Below are positions 1 through 13,099 of a DNA stretch of 64,000 nt, piece after piece. Source of the stretch: Octopus sinensis (lineage: Eukaryota); contig NC_043002.1 of NCBI RefSeq assembly GCF_006345805.1, forward strand, positions 59,458,001 to 59,522,000, written 5' to 3'. Under the pieces are notes generated by a model. That model was not told where the DNA came from, did not search any database, and saw nothing but the letters and a program-made list of their open reading frames with translations. The translations under genes were made by a program, and so were the position numbers. Each line of letters opens with the position of its first letter. Position 1 is the stretch's first letter.

Positions 1-37
1 ATTTTTCTGTACCTTCTGTCTTTCTCTTCCTGTAAAG

Positions 38-113
<76 letters not shown>

Positions 114-595
114 CAGATATATAAGCGTATAAATATATGCACATATATAGTATTTACTAATACTTTAGGGAAAAGATTGTAAAGACCACTGTATGTATGC
201 CTGTCTGTATGTATGTATGTGTATATGTATGTATATATATGTATATATATATATATATATGCATACATATGTACATACAAACATACATATGTACATGCAC
301 GCATATTTAATTCCATATATATATGTATATATACACATACACATACACATACACTCGAACACATATATAGACGCGCATACATATATTTTTTTTATATATT
401 TACATTTTTTCTCCTATTCTTTAGTCTTCACGCCAAATCTCATCTGGAAAGCATTCACTTTAAACACAGTAACTTATTCCGTTTTTTTTTTGCTATTTCT
501 TATTTCATTTATTTTATTTTTTTCGTCAGAAGGAAGATGTAATTGTGTTTCTGGTCACATTCAAAATGTCCGCCATGAACAACGTAATCACTCAC

Positions 596-672
596 CTGGT
601 TTGGCGGCAGTAATGATTTGACTCAATTATCTCAACTGACAGCATTGTGTTTGCGTTAAGCCCTCTTATTGT
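596..672 (-). CDS. Candidate internal coding exon of an unidentified host gene (TIRGLNANTMLSVEIIESNHYCRQT)
   Basis: On the minus strand: acceptor atttcttttttattgtattcag|, a 77-nt exon open only in phase 0, and donor CAG|GTGAGT. It is phase-compatible with the upstream candidate exon 879-998. Product not recognised. Confidence 0.45.
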
Positions 673-721
673 CTGAATACAATAAAAAAGAAATACCTCA
701 CATTCAGTTCAATGATTTTGA

Positions 722-736
722 CCACTAGATGGCGTC
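722..736 (+). promoter_or_regulatory. CTCF-like core motif CCACTAGATGGCGTC
   Basis: Close match to the bilaterian CTCF core consensus (CCACYAGRKGGCR). Motif match only. Confidence 0.35.
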
Positions 737-878
737 ATAGAGCAAACGATGTTTCTTCCTTTAGAAAGAAAAACTACAAAAGAAGCCAAAAACAAATACA
801 ATGAAAATGAAATAAAATATAAAAGAAATATACAAAGAAAGAACCTTATCGCTTTTGTTCGGTCACCATATTTCTCAC

Positions 879-998
879 CTTATGCCAAGTTCCAAGAAAA
901 TTCTTACCAATTTTACCCAGGTAGGCCAACAGAGATCTATCTTCCTCTTGGTATTGGCACAAAAATGAAGGCAACGCTACGTTGTGTCCATATGGTTT
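879..998 (-). CDS. Candidate coding exon (KPYGHNVALPSFLCQYQEEDRSLLAYLGKIGKNFLGTWHK)
   Basis: Stop-free, non-repetitive 120-nt frame ending at donor AAG|GTGAGA in phase 0, which would splice in frame over a 206-nt intron to exon 672-596. The acceptor (ttttacaaaaag|) is weak, so the 5' boundary is uncertain. Confidence 0.4.
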
Positions 999-1394
999 CT
1001 TTTTGTAAAAGTCAAAGGTTGTAAATATTGCCGAACATCACATGAACACTTCCGAGTATAACATTCACGCACCAAATAACACAAAAGGATATATATACAT
1101 ATATACGTAGACGTATACATATCTGTGTGTTTGTGTCAATGAAGGTGTGTGCGCATGTAAACACACACACACAAACACATTTTGTTTTTCTCTCTCGCAT
1201 ACATACACACACGTATATATATGTATTCGACCTTATAATTTCAAAATGTGTATTCGAGGTTATTCAGAGAATATAAATATGCGTGCACACATCAACATAT
1301 TATTTACTTTCATATCCATGGGTATATCTGAATATATATGTCTGTACATACCTATGTTATACATACATACATACATATATGCAAACATGTATAT

Positions 1395-1445
<51 letters not shown>

Positions 1446-1707
1446 TTATTTATACATATGTGTGTGTATATAAAAACACATATGACACGTATACATTTAT
1501 GCTTGGTCGTTAAGTATATGCAAAATATATTGCATACGATGTGCATAAACGTGTATATCTTTGTTAAGAAGCATGTCGTTGCATATAAAAGCAAAATATT
1601 ACTCGTATACATCAGCACAAACATATACACATCTCTCTCTTTCTCTTGATGTATATATATATTTATTCTTATACATGTATATGGACATAGATATCTATCA
1701 ATCTATC

Positions 1708-1738
<31 letters not shown>

Positions 1739-1739
1739 C

Positions 1740-1772
<33 letters not shown>

Positions 1773-1865
1773 GTATATATATATATTGTATGTATGTATA
1801 AATGCGCGAGTATACATATATGCATAGATACATAAATAAATATGCATATATGTATATTTATATAT

Positions 1866-1957
<92 letters not shown>

Positions 1958-2599
1958 GGGGGATACTTGCGTGCATACATTCAAAAATATACATTTTACG
2001 TACATGTACACAAATATACACTCATGCAGATAGTCATAAATATATTCACACAAATGTACACTCACAGCACATACATACATGCAAATACCTTTAAACATTG
2101 CTTTAATTATTTTTGTGAATTCCAATGAATTCTATGAATAAATAGGAGGTTATACATTTGATGTTGGAAAATCAAAGGCATTTCGTGGTGAAATATAAAA
2201 AAGAAAAAAATATACACAAACACATAAATAACAACATAAATATTCGAAAATGAAAAATTGGTTTTTAAGACGTTTCTCTGAATATAGTTGAACTGCTGAT
2301 ATTAAAAATGATAAAAATACCGCTAAAGAACTTGCTCGATAAATCTTAATCAATGGTAGCGAATAGAAAATATAAAAGAACAAAAAAAATACAAGAAGTA
2401 AAACGTTGCAAATATAACGAAAATGAAGTCGCAAATAGTGAAGACAAAGAATTAACTGTTAAGAAATTTTAACAAGAGTCGCACAATTTTATCAGTTTCT
2501 GAGCTTTATTTTTCTGTAATGATGGACTGCTATAGTCTACCATAAACACTTGGTCCGGAAAATCCATTATTATTATTATTATTATCATTATTATTATTA

Positions 2600-2940
2600 T
2601 TATTATTGTTGTTGTTGTTGTAATTATTATTTAAAGTCTATTGAATGCTAATTTATTTAGCAGCGATTTTATTTTGAGGTTAGTTGATAAGTTTTCTAAA
2701 AATTCTAAATTTGTTCTTAAGATTCTTGCACTTTTCTACAAGTCGACAATGCAATGTCTACAAGTTGAATCCAATGTCCCCTAGCATTTTTGATAAGTTT
2801 TGGTGCTTTGTCACTTGCACCAATTATTGCAGGAACAATTAAGACATTTGAACTCCACAATCTCTCATCTCGCAGGCTAGGTTCTGACATATCTCAAATT
2901 TCTCTATTTTTTTGGTAATCAATATATTTTCCTATGGTAA
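2600..2940 (-). mobile_element. Decayed 3' end of an R4/Dong-type RLE LINE
   Basis: The minus strand gives degenerate NLACEM.RLW...IVPAIIGA...ARILRTNL, the typical C-terminus after the RLE domain. It is followed on the sense strand by the (AAT)n/(AAC)n tract at ~2566-2628. Confidence 0.55.
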
Positions 2941-3078
2941 TGAAATGAATGATTTTACACTATTTCTCCCTTTGAATTGAAATGTCGTGTTACTGTTTCT
3001 ATAATAGGGTCTGTTTTTATGAAGAAATCACATAAATTCCTTTAATTATTAAATACCATCACAGAATCTTGCTCGCGT

Positions 3079-3225
3079 TCACAACACTTTTCTATCAGTT
3101 AACACTTCAGTGCACTCCTTTACAGCTACAGTCATGTTAGCACTTATACCCTGGACATGACAAGGCGTCTGGCGACAAATATGTTCCACTTTGGACAAGA
3201 TCTCATTAATTGTTTCAAATTTCAT
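3079..3225 (-). CDS. Candidate coding exon or short ORF (MKFETINEILSKVEHICRQTPCHVQG...)
   Basis: Acceptor-like caattctgttcag| precedes a 48-codon open frame in unique sequence. It contains HICRQT, echoing HYCRQT in exon 596-672. The donor position is not resolved. Confidence 0.3.
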   Translation of the reverse strand: MKFETINEILSKVEHICRQTPCHVQGISANMTVAVKECTEVLTDRKVL

Positions 3226-3748
3226 CTGAACAGAATTGTGCGGGTAGAGAGATAAGTGCTACCGTCTAGAAAATTTGTTGAAAGGTTAATAAGAATGGCA
3301 AGGATGCAGCATGTAAACGGACTTGCTTCTTGCACCCGCCTTTAGACTGTGCGTGGAGGTGAGGGAGGGAGAGAATAGTTGCCCTACAGGTCTAGGCTAC
3401 CGTGTTGATGTGGGTTTCCATAAGGAACCCTCTGAAGGGCATACTTTTGGAAATTATTTTTTGTTTGAAGTTTTGTTTCTTTCTCTCTGTTATTTTACTA
3501 TTTACACGTATTTTATGCAGCCCATATCGTATTGAATTATATCGTCCTCTACTGTCCTCAATCTCTTTGTAAACTTTCACGAAGGTAAATCAAAATGTAA
3601 CACAGATAAAAACTGCATTAATATCCTACTCATCTCATGATGTTATGAAAAGTTTTGCCTTGATATTTGCATGCGACTTTCTGCTTCACTCTCTAGTGTA
3701 CCTTCATGCTTCTGTAGTGTGTACTATCCTTAGGTATTATTATTATTA

Positions 3749-3790
<42 letters not shown>

Positions 3791-3945
3791 CATCATTTTT
3801 ATCATTATCCTTTTCTTTCAATTTTCTTTCGATTTCTTGCCGAATGTCTTCCAAGATATCTATGACAGAGAAACGCACTGTATACATTAGTAAATCATTA
3901 AAATAAACACACCAACTTGTCATGTGACAGAAAAAAGTAGGTGTA

Positions 3946-4001
3946 AGCATTACTGACGACTATTAATGTCTTATACGAAATTAACATGTTAATAAAAAAT
4001 G
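3946..4001 (+). ncRNA. Degenerate type I hammerhead-like motif
   Basis: CTGACGA (3953-3959), then stem II cTAT...ATAC one substitution from GTAT/ATAC, GAAA (3977-3980), palindromic stem III ATTAACATGTTAAT and an A at the cleavage position. Stem I is broken. Confidence 0.35.
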
Positions 4002-4059
4002 AAAAAATGAAAAAAAGAAAAAAACAAAGAAAATAACGAGAAAAAGGTAAAAAAATTCA

Positions 4060-4300
4060 CCGGAACAATGCTCTTCTCAAGACACGCCAGTTAAGACAAT
4101 CTTTTGCAGTTCCTGTATGGATGGTAAACCAGGTATTATCCTCAAATAATTTTCAGTTCCCATTTTGATCATTCCAAGTGCTCCTACAATCACTGGTATT
4201 GCAACCGTCTTGTCGCATTTTTCGATTTCAATCAGCAAATCTTTATATTTTCGATTCTCTGAGCGGCCGGTGCATTTTGCTCTTGAGCAAAACATTTTAT
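4060..4300 (-). mobile_element. 3' fragment of an R4/Dong-type RLE LINE
   Basis: ORF 4077-4358 contains KYKDLLIEIEK...IPVIVGALGMIK...IQELQKIVLTG, the conserved RLE C-terminus. An (AAT)n tract lies downstream on the sense strand (3734-3790). Confidence 0.7.
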
Positions 4301-5963
4301 TATTTACGCTGTCGCAGTCCACCCAATTGTAGATGTTATGATTTATATGAGACTTCAAAATACTGGAACATACTACGAAATACTGGAAAATATTTACTAT
4401 AGATTAATTACAAATTTAAACAAACAAAAAATTGAAAATATTTGCTGTTATTTATTCCGTGTTGTTTCTTTACCAATAGGAGTTACATACGTATACACGT
4501 AAGGTATCTCAGATTAGCAATTCGTCAGATAAGAAAATTAAACTAATAATGTTATTCTACATGTGCATCTATAGTAAAGAAACATATATAATCCGGAATA
4601 AACGATACCAAAAATTTGCTGGCTTTCTGTTTTACTATACTTACACACACGCATGCACACACACACACATACACACACACGCACACTCAAACACACCCAG
4701 ACACGAATACACACACATATACACATGCACACAGACACGCACACAGACATACCTATAGTTAAATTTTCCTTCTTGTTATAATGTATGATGCACGCAGGGA
4801 CGGTAGCAAATAATTAAGTACCGTATGAAGCAGCATATAAGACTTGTTTTATGGAACGGAAACCGAGCATCACAATCTAGTGAGTCTGCTAGGCTCAAAA
4901 AGATTTATTAATAATGAAATATTGAAAAGAAGCCTATGTGTTACGGACTCTTAGTCAACCCACAAAAAAAATTGCTTGGAGTACGTTGGCAATTACATCG
5001 GAATGTAAGATGAATAGAATGTAAGATGAATTGGCAAATGGAAGATGAATAGAATGTTCAACTTTCACCTGCATAACTGATATTAGCAACGAGTGGATTA
5101 CAGCAAAATCATAGCGATGGTGAAGAGCCTGGTGGTCGATCGCGGTAACACAAAGCATCATAGCCAGAAATATGAGGTTTAAACCTGTAAAACAATACTT
5201 TCGAGCACAGTATAAACAACTATAAAGTCGACGTGAAAGAAAATAAAATAAAAATGCAGTTCTTCTGTAACATCATATATTTATGTTAAATTTATGGTTT
5301 TATAATTTCATCCAGTACACTGTAACAATATTGTATATACAAGCATAGATTGCACACCACAAAAACTCTTTAAAATATCTTTCACTAAGTATATGATGAC
5401 ATATATTAAATTTGATTTCGCCCCCCCCCCAAAAAAAAATATACTCATAAACGCCTGCAAATGCTGTAATTGTCCAGATTAGCTGAACAGTATTTATACA
5501 TAAACATAAATTCTGTGAACAGACCAATGAAAATATGCAAGATTTTTCTGAAATTCAACAAGCAGTTAGCTGTTGTTATATGAATTTCTATGATGGTGTT
5601 TTGTGTCTTTGAAAACAATGCCATATTTTATGGGAAGAATTCAAAGAATATGAGAGGACACTATAACATTTACACACATGCACACATAAACTTAAATATA
5701 TGCCTATACATATATACATATGTATATATGTATATATATATATATGTGTGTGTGTGTATGTATATATATATGTATGTATAAACATACACATATATGCTTA
5801 AACATGCATACACACATGAATAAATATTCATATATATCGGTATATCAATATATATATATACATATGTACACGAACACACACACACACATACACAAATAAA
5901 TATATATATGTAAATATGTATCTATACATCTCTTGTATGTATGTATATATATATATAATATAT

Positions 5964-6042
<79 letters not shown>

Positions 6043-6185
6043 ATATACATATATATATATATATATACATATATACATAAATATTTATATAATATAATCG
6101 GATATATAACTATGCATACACACATGCATACATGTAAGTGTATATATATATATATATAATATATATATATATATAATATATATAT

Positions 6186-6234
<49 letters not shown>

Positions 6235-7114
6235 GAATGAGAGAGAAGGGAAAAATAAATGTTGCAAAAAATACGAAAAAATCAACAAAATCAACAAAAA
6301 ATGAGCGATTATTTTGTATTTTGTTGTTATCAGTTATCGTGAAAACATTTTTTAAAAATTCCAATATTATACTGTTTACTTGCTTTTTCTTTTATATTTC
6401 TATCTTCTATTAATGGCTTTATAATTTTTAATCACATGTCCTCTTATAGAAAAAATATCAGCGACCTGAAAATAGCAGCAGAAATGCAAAAAAACAAAAA
6501 CAAAAAAATAATAATAAAAAATAATAATCGTAATGAAAAAAATTTGTTTAGCTTTTTATTTCATTGTTTTAACGATAAGACGTAACGGAACTCCCTGTAT
6601 GGCATTGAAAAAAATCTAAGCAATACGTTTCCATATTAATTCTTTTGTTTTGCGAAAGAAGAAAGCAATGAAAAATAAGAAAGATATCACATCTATAGAA
6701 AGAGAGAAGAAAATATGTGGTAGATAGAATATAAAATAAAGTGAAAAGGGCATCGTTAATGAGATAAAACTCTTAAGAATGCGTGCGGTGCATACACACA
6801 TACACATATATATGTACATATACGCACACATATATATATATATATGCACATAAACACACACAATATATGCATTCACACAAAGCCACACACATTATATATA
6901 TATATTATATGCATGTGTATGTGTGTGTATATAAGAACATGTTTGACTCTATATATTAATGTACGTATTGATGTGCGCGTGTGTTTATCTATAACAGTTT
7001 ATATGAAATATGAAATCTAAATTTTTAATATATGCACACAACCACACGTCTGGTGTGATATGTTTGGAGTCGATTGTAAAAATTTCTGGTGCTTATCTGC
7101 TCTTACTCGTGCGT

Positions 7115-7149
<35 letters not shown>

Positions 7150-7275
7150 ATATAGGCAGGCCCTGAAGACACAGACAAGTCAGTCATGAACATATAAGTT
7201 ATAGAAAGCCGATGCAAGTTTGTTCGAAAGCATTCCAAGGAATACGTAACGATTTCCCATCCGTGGCAACGATTA

Positions 7276-9255
7276 CACTGGTCAACAGCCAATTTTCATC
7301 AGGGATATTATATGATGTTTTGTATGTAGTTTTTTCCGCAGATTTCAAAAATGCAATCGGTTTCCTTCTATCGGGCAAGGTTTTCTGATAAGAGAGGTAT
7401 ATAACTCCCATCAGCAGTATCACTACACGTAAACGTCATACAGGTAAATTTTGACTTCTGTTTTATAAATAATTGTATTTATTTTGTAATTTTATGTTTT
7501 CATAATCTTTTCTTTTCATAAATTTGACTTTCTGTTTAAGGTGCCAAGTAATCATCATCATCAAATTCTACTCAGGATGTCAAGGCATTGCAAGAACTGT
7601 CTTGATATATTTTGTCATGTCTGTGGTTCATTTACCTCCAAAGCTCAGCAACGTACCATCACAATTGAAATCAAGATCTACCTGTTATACTTTGGCTGCT
7701 CTCTCGGGGATCAAGATAAGAGTTGGGACCCGTACATCATCTTCTCAGCTTGTTCCGATGGACTAATGGATTGGCTAAATAATAAGAAGAGAGCAATGCC
7801 GTTTGCAATACCTGTGATATGGAGAGAGCCAAAGGATCGTTTCATGGACTGTTATTTCTGCAACGTTAATGTATGCGGGTTTAATGTAAAGGCCAAGCAT
7901 AAAATTGTGTATCCCAACTTGGAATTAACAAGAAGACCAGTACCAAACAACGATGATGATCTTCCTATTCCAATACCAGAAAATGGCATTCAGATGTCAG
8001 ACGAAGATGTATTTCCTGAAGGAAATACTACTGCTGTGGAACAAACCAAGGTGGATGCGGATTTCACGATTAACAATGAAGACGTATCACAGAAATTTTC
8101 TCAGGGAGAGTTAAATGATTTAGTTTGAGACTTGTCATTGTCGAAGGATAAAGCTGAACTATTACCATCTCGCCGACAAGAAAAGTGCTTAAGAAAGATG
8201 TTTGTATTACTCATTTCAGGAAGAGAAATAGGGATCTGACTTCATGCTTCTCTGTTGAAGGACCACTTTGTTTCAGTAATAACACGGATGAGTTATTTCG
8301 CTTTTTGTTCCAAGAGCATGTTCCAGCTGGATGGCGCTTATTCAGTGATTCATCTAAGAGAAGCCTCGAGGCAGTACTACTACACAACGGCAATTGCGAA
8401 AATCATATGAGCCGGGAGTTTCTAGCGTCCAGAGTAAATCACTTTTAAACCCAGAAAATGTTCTTCTTCCCCCTCTTCACATAAAGCTTGGCTTCATGAA
8501 ACAATTCGTGAAGACACTTGCCAGGAAAGGCTCAAAAGCTTTTGAATATGTGAAGGCCAAATTCCCCAAAATCACAGAGGCAAAACTGAAAGAAAGCGTA
8601 TTCAAGAACTCCTGAAGGACAACCACTTCCTCTCAGCACTGGATGAGATTGAGCTTAAAGCCTGCGAATCCTTCAAATGGCTCTGTGAAAATTTTCTAGG
8701 CAACAAGAGATCTCTAGAGTTTAGAAATGGAGTGAAATGTCTTCTAGTCTTCTACGCTGCAATGGGCTGTCGGATGTCACTAAAAGTCCATTTCCTTGAT
8801 TCACATCTGGACTTTTTTTGCAGAGAACCTTGGATCGGTGTCTAATGAGCAAGGGTAACGCTTTCATCAAGGTATCGCATCGATGGAACAACGAAATCAA
8901 GGATTTTGGAATGTTAACTGACTACTGTTGGATGTTATACAGGGATGAACCAGAGACAAAACACCATAGAAAGTCCAAATCCCAAAGATTTTAAGTTGTT
9001 ATGCATTTGAATGTATTCTAACTTTTAATTTTGTACACTAAAAAGCCATGAAATTATCGTTTCTTCTATTCAATATACTTTATATAGACATGCTTTACGT
9101 ATCCTATAAGTTAAAACGGCAGGTATCCTTAACATGAAAATGTGACCTGATAGAGGAAATCGGACTTCAGATTCATAATCAGCAGCCAAAATTAACCCAG
9201 AAAAGTCAATCAGCAACTCTGATTATTATAAAAAGTTTCATTTTGTTGACCAGAA
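7276..9255 (+). mobile_element. Chapaev3-like (CMC superfamily) DNA transposon, decayed full-span copy
   Basis: Left TIR CACTGGTCAACA (7276-7287) and right TIR TGTTGACCAG(aa) (9244-9255, terminal 2 nt altered), with matching TTA flanks at 7273-7275 and 9256-9258 (3-bp TSD). Contains a transposase pseudogene. Confidence 0.8.
7577..8994 (+). pseudogene. Chapaev3-like transposase pseudogene
   Basis: Motifs CKNCLDIFCHVCG, YFGCSLGDQDKSW, IWREPK...DCYFC, DSSKRSLEAVLLHNGN, LLPPLHIKLGFMKQFVK, MGCRMSLKVHFLDSHLDFF, EQG*RFHQ and DYCWMLYRD are spread over several frames. Stops, frameshifts and an apparent internal deletion after HNGN. Confidence 0.85.
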
Positions 9256-9934
9256 TTATGTACGAAGTAGAAATGAAACGGATGCCTAAATCAAGACTTA
9301 TTCTATATAAAACAATTCTGGTAAATATTTTATTAAGCAGCGTGACTTCACATGATTTTATAAATCTTTTGTTGTTTTCTTCAGCCGGTCAACGAAGAGA
9401 AGATTACGTTTACAAGCCGTTCTTATTTAGTGTGAGTTTGCTGGAAGGCCTCTTGCGACTAAATGATTAAACAGGACCAATGAGTTATTGAAAGGGATAA
9501 GCATGATGAAATCTTTCTATAATAGGGTAACTTAAATCTTCGAAAAGATTAATTGATATGATAATGTCCTTCATGGAGATAATATCCCTACGAATATTTC
9601 ATTCAAAATCAGTTAATTATCGCCCTATCTCACAGAATTTCTATAACGTATTCGGAAGGTGTGAGGAGAGAGAAGAATAACTAACTTAGTGGTTAACAAA
9701 CAATTTCTTAAATTCCAACAGGAATTACTTTCGTTCTGACAGAGACAGTTTTATACAATTCCTGCATCATTTTGATGACATTCTTAAAAAAGAAAACTGT
9801 AAATGCACTATCCTGCCTTCAGGCAGATCTTCATAAAGTGAACCGCTTTTAAAACTGTTCAACACTGGAGTCCAAGCGGTGGATGGAGAGAGCGCTAAGA
9901 TAAAATATTTAATGTCATTCCATCCGGTTGTCTT

Positions 9935-10372
9935 TTATCTTTCATCTTGTACTCGTTTCAGCCACTAGACTGCGGCCATGTTGGGGCATTGCGCTGAAGA
10001 GATTTTCTCAAACAAGTCGACTCCAGCACTTATTTTCAAAAAGCCTATCTCTTATTCTCTCGGGCTCTATTAGATGGTAGTGTAGTGTGTATCAATGTAG
10101 AGCAGGGGTATGTAGTGTGGTATATGTTTGTATAGAGCTACGTATGTAGTATAGTCAAAAGGTAAAGGCAAAGTTATCTTCTCAAGTCATGCCGGTTTCC
10201 TGGTCTCCATGGCGTATAAACCGCCAATGTCATAGGGACGTAAACACGCCAATACACACACGCGCATACAAACACACGGGCACACACACACACAAACACC
10301 CACCCGAACACATACTTATACACACACCACATAGGCAAACAGACACACAGACACATACATTGACGCAAACAT

Positions 10373-10417
<45 letters not shown>

Positions 10418-10545
10418 TACACACACAACGGGCTTGCTTTGAGTTTCCGTTTTACAAATCCACTCGTAAAGAGTTGGTTGGTCCGAGGCTATAGCAGAAG
10501 GTGCCATGCAATAAGACTGAACCGGCAAACATGTGGTTGGCTTTT
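9935..10545 (-). mobile_element. tRNA-derived SINE family A copy (interrupted)
   Basis: Reverse-complement matches to the family A body (ctgcggccatg..., gggacgtaaacac..., internal (CA)n, aaatccactc...ggctatag) seen intact at 17625-18030. Confidence 0.7.
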
Positions 10546-11256
10546 TAAGCTCTGATTTCAAATCCCGCAGAGGTCAACTTAGTCTTCCATTCACTCGGGG
10601 TCGAGAAAATAAATTACTAGGCAAGTTCTAGGAATTAATGTAATGGGCATGATGTCTCCCCTCAAAATTGTTGGCCTCGAAACTAGCAACAGATCGGTGT
10701 CTCGTTTAAGGGGAAGATTGTGATCTCGTTTACGCTTGTATGCCACGGAAACCATGTGCCGGCTTTATGAGTCTTAGGACGCAAGAATGAAGTACATTGG
10801 AGTCGATAGAAAACTGATGCACTGGATTAACCCCTTGACGTATGCTTACGTTTGCTGTCGTGTATTTATCTCTTGAGGTGCGCACTAGAAAGTTCCGAGG
10901 ATTGGGAGTGGAAAGTTCCGAGGAATGGGAGGAATTGCTAATTCTTATTTTATGGGTCGAGGCTCCAAATGGGGTCGCGAAAATTAAATTCAAACACTTG
11001 AATTTCGATTTATATGTTATTTCACAAATTTCAGTTTATATGTTATTTCTGAAATAGAACTAAATGTTCTTTTGTAATTTAGCACCACATACTTATGCGA
11101 AACGATTTGTTCGGCTTTAACCATTATTAAAACCAAATATCGTTCAATGCTAAAAACTTAGATGCTTTACGTCCAGCAGTGTCAAATATTACACCAAGGT
11201 TTAATTTGTTATGCAGCAAAAACAAACACATCCGCCACAATGGTTTTCACTTTGAT

Positions 11257-11635
11257 TTATTACCTCCGCCTTAGCGAAGGCGGAGGTATTGCTTTCAGTC
11301 GTGTTTGTTTGTTTGTTTGTCCGTGGACAAGATATCCCAAGAACAGCTGGATGGATTCGGATGAAGCTTTCAGGGATGTTGGATGTGTAGCCTCGTGACT
11401 GGCACGACCTGATTAGATTTGGGGATCGATCCGGTACCGGGCAAGTATTCCGATTTATTTTCCCTGTTTTTTACTTCTTAACTTTTGAGAGAGGTCGGAT
11501 TCATTTTTGATATTCTCGTTTGTAAGAGCAGTCGAGTTTATTTCAGATATTCTCATTTTAACAATCATCTCTGGCTAATCGTTGAGACGACGTTGGTCTT
11601 GCATTGGCGGAGTTTTGCTATCTCTCTCTGAGTGG
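11257..11635 (+). mobile_element. Helentron/DINE-1-type non-autonomous element (HINE-like)
   Basis: 5' perfect hairpin ACCTCCGCCTT-AGCG-AAGGCGGAGGT (11262-11287), then a (TTTG)n core, a 3' subterminal ggcggag (11606-11612) and T-rich flanks. This layout is typical of Helentron-associated elements. Confidence 0.6.
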
Positions 11636-11868
11636 TTTGGGTTTTTTTTTTTTTACTTTGGTTTATTTTTGTACTTAAAACAAATCACAAAACAGCTTAT
11701 ATTTTGACAAATAACATAACAACTTTTTTCAAATGTTTATTGTTCAGCAAAAAAAATAAAGTATTTATGTGTTTATTTGTATGTTTTATTTCATATTTAA
11801 TACCCGTAGGCGCGAAAAATGTCGTGATGAATAATGGAGTCATGAATGAAAAAAGTTAAAGAAGCGCT

Positions 11869-11884
11869 GCACTAGAGGGCGCTG
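11869..11884 (+). promoter_or_regulatory. CTCF-like core motif GCACTAGAGGGCGCTG
   Basis: Near-consensus CTCF core. Motif match only. Confidence 0.3.
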
Positions 11885-12684
11885 AACAGTAGAAATTCTT
11901 CAGAGAAGAAGTCCATTCTTCATGTAAGTGTTTAGGTCCTTCCTGTTTGCACTCTAAGGAGGCCGGGCCGCATCCGGTTCATAATTCCTGGTACAACTCT
12001 GCTGCCACATTCTGTGCTGCTGTCTACATTGCAACCCTTCTGGATAGTTAAGGTACCCCAGAAACAAGGTACCTCCGATATTCTAACCAGTGCAGTCTGA
12101 GCTATCGATTGACTGTTGGTGTAAATTATGTTTCTTCAAATTCACTTTTATTCCTCTTTGAACAGATCCAGTTGGAACTCTTTTCATCTACTTCTGCCAT
12201 TGCCTAAATAACCGGAAATATAAGGAAAGCAATTTGTGAGATAATCAAATCCAGTCCTCTAATGGTTTGACCATTTTCTCTCTCTCATATTAAGGTTCTT
12301 AAACACTGGCTGGATCAGTCTCGGACTTCGTAATCTGCTAATATCCAGATAAAATTTGAGCTTCGTAATTTTCTCTGTAAATTTTCTCATGAAATACCGT
12401 GTACTGTTCTGTGAAGTTGGAAGGAAATATTTGCTTAATTTTGTCGACTTCAATAGGCCTATGAAGGGTTTAAAGAGACCGATTTATGTTGCCGTGTAAG
12501 AAAAAGAAACAAAGAAAATAATAATGAATAACAGTCGATTAAATGAAGTGTGGATGGGTTAAAATAAACCATCGCAAGCAATGAGGTCGATGTAAGCAAC
12601 TTACCCCATCACACGTACTTGCTCCAATTGCGCTAAAAGATTTTTTTATTGGCCACAAGGGCCTTATATATTGAGGACGATATC

Positions 12685-13085
12685 AGGGGATGAAATTAAT
12701 ACAGCACTCCGCCAGTTACGACGACGAGGGCCCCAGTTGATCCTGTCAATGGGACTGCTTGCTCGTGAAATTAACATGCAAGTGGCTGAGCACTCCACAG
12801 ACATGTGTACCCTTAGCGTAGTTCTCGGGGGAGATTCAGTGTGACACAGAGTGTGACAAAACCGGCTCTTTGAAATACAGGTACAACAGAAACAGGAAGA
12901 AAGAGTGAGAGAAAGTTGTGGTGAAGGAGTACAGCAGGATTCGCCACCATCACCGGCTGGAGCCTCGTGGAGCTTTCTGTGTTTTCGCTCAATAAACACT
13001 CAAAACGCCTGGCCTGGGAATCGAAACCGCGATCCTATGACCGCGAGTCCGCTGCCCTAACTACTGGGCCATTACACCTCCACAG
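12685..13085 (-). mobile_element. tRNA-derived SINE family C (Arg-like head)
   Basis: The minus strand reads gaggtgtaatggcccagtagttagggcagcggactcgcggtcataggatcgcggtttcgattcc (A and B boxes, TCG loop). The body and tail are shared with 30095-30470. Confidence 0.85.
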
Positions 13086-13099
13086 GGGATGAAATACAA

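Noticed and set aside
5420-6465. Minus-strand acceptor-like sites at ~5548 and 6466
   Set aside because: The downstream frames either stop before a good donor or lack supporting features. They could be non-coding exons or chance matches.
11885-12480. Unique, coding-looking sequence with strong splice-like signals on both strands
   Set aside because: Every frame is interrupted by stops, and conflicting exon models can be built on either strand. No recognisable domain (an IYTNSQS resemblance to RNase H is too weak).
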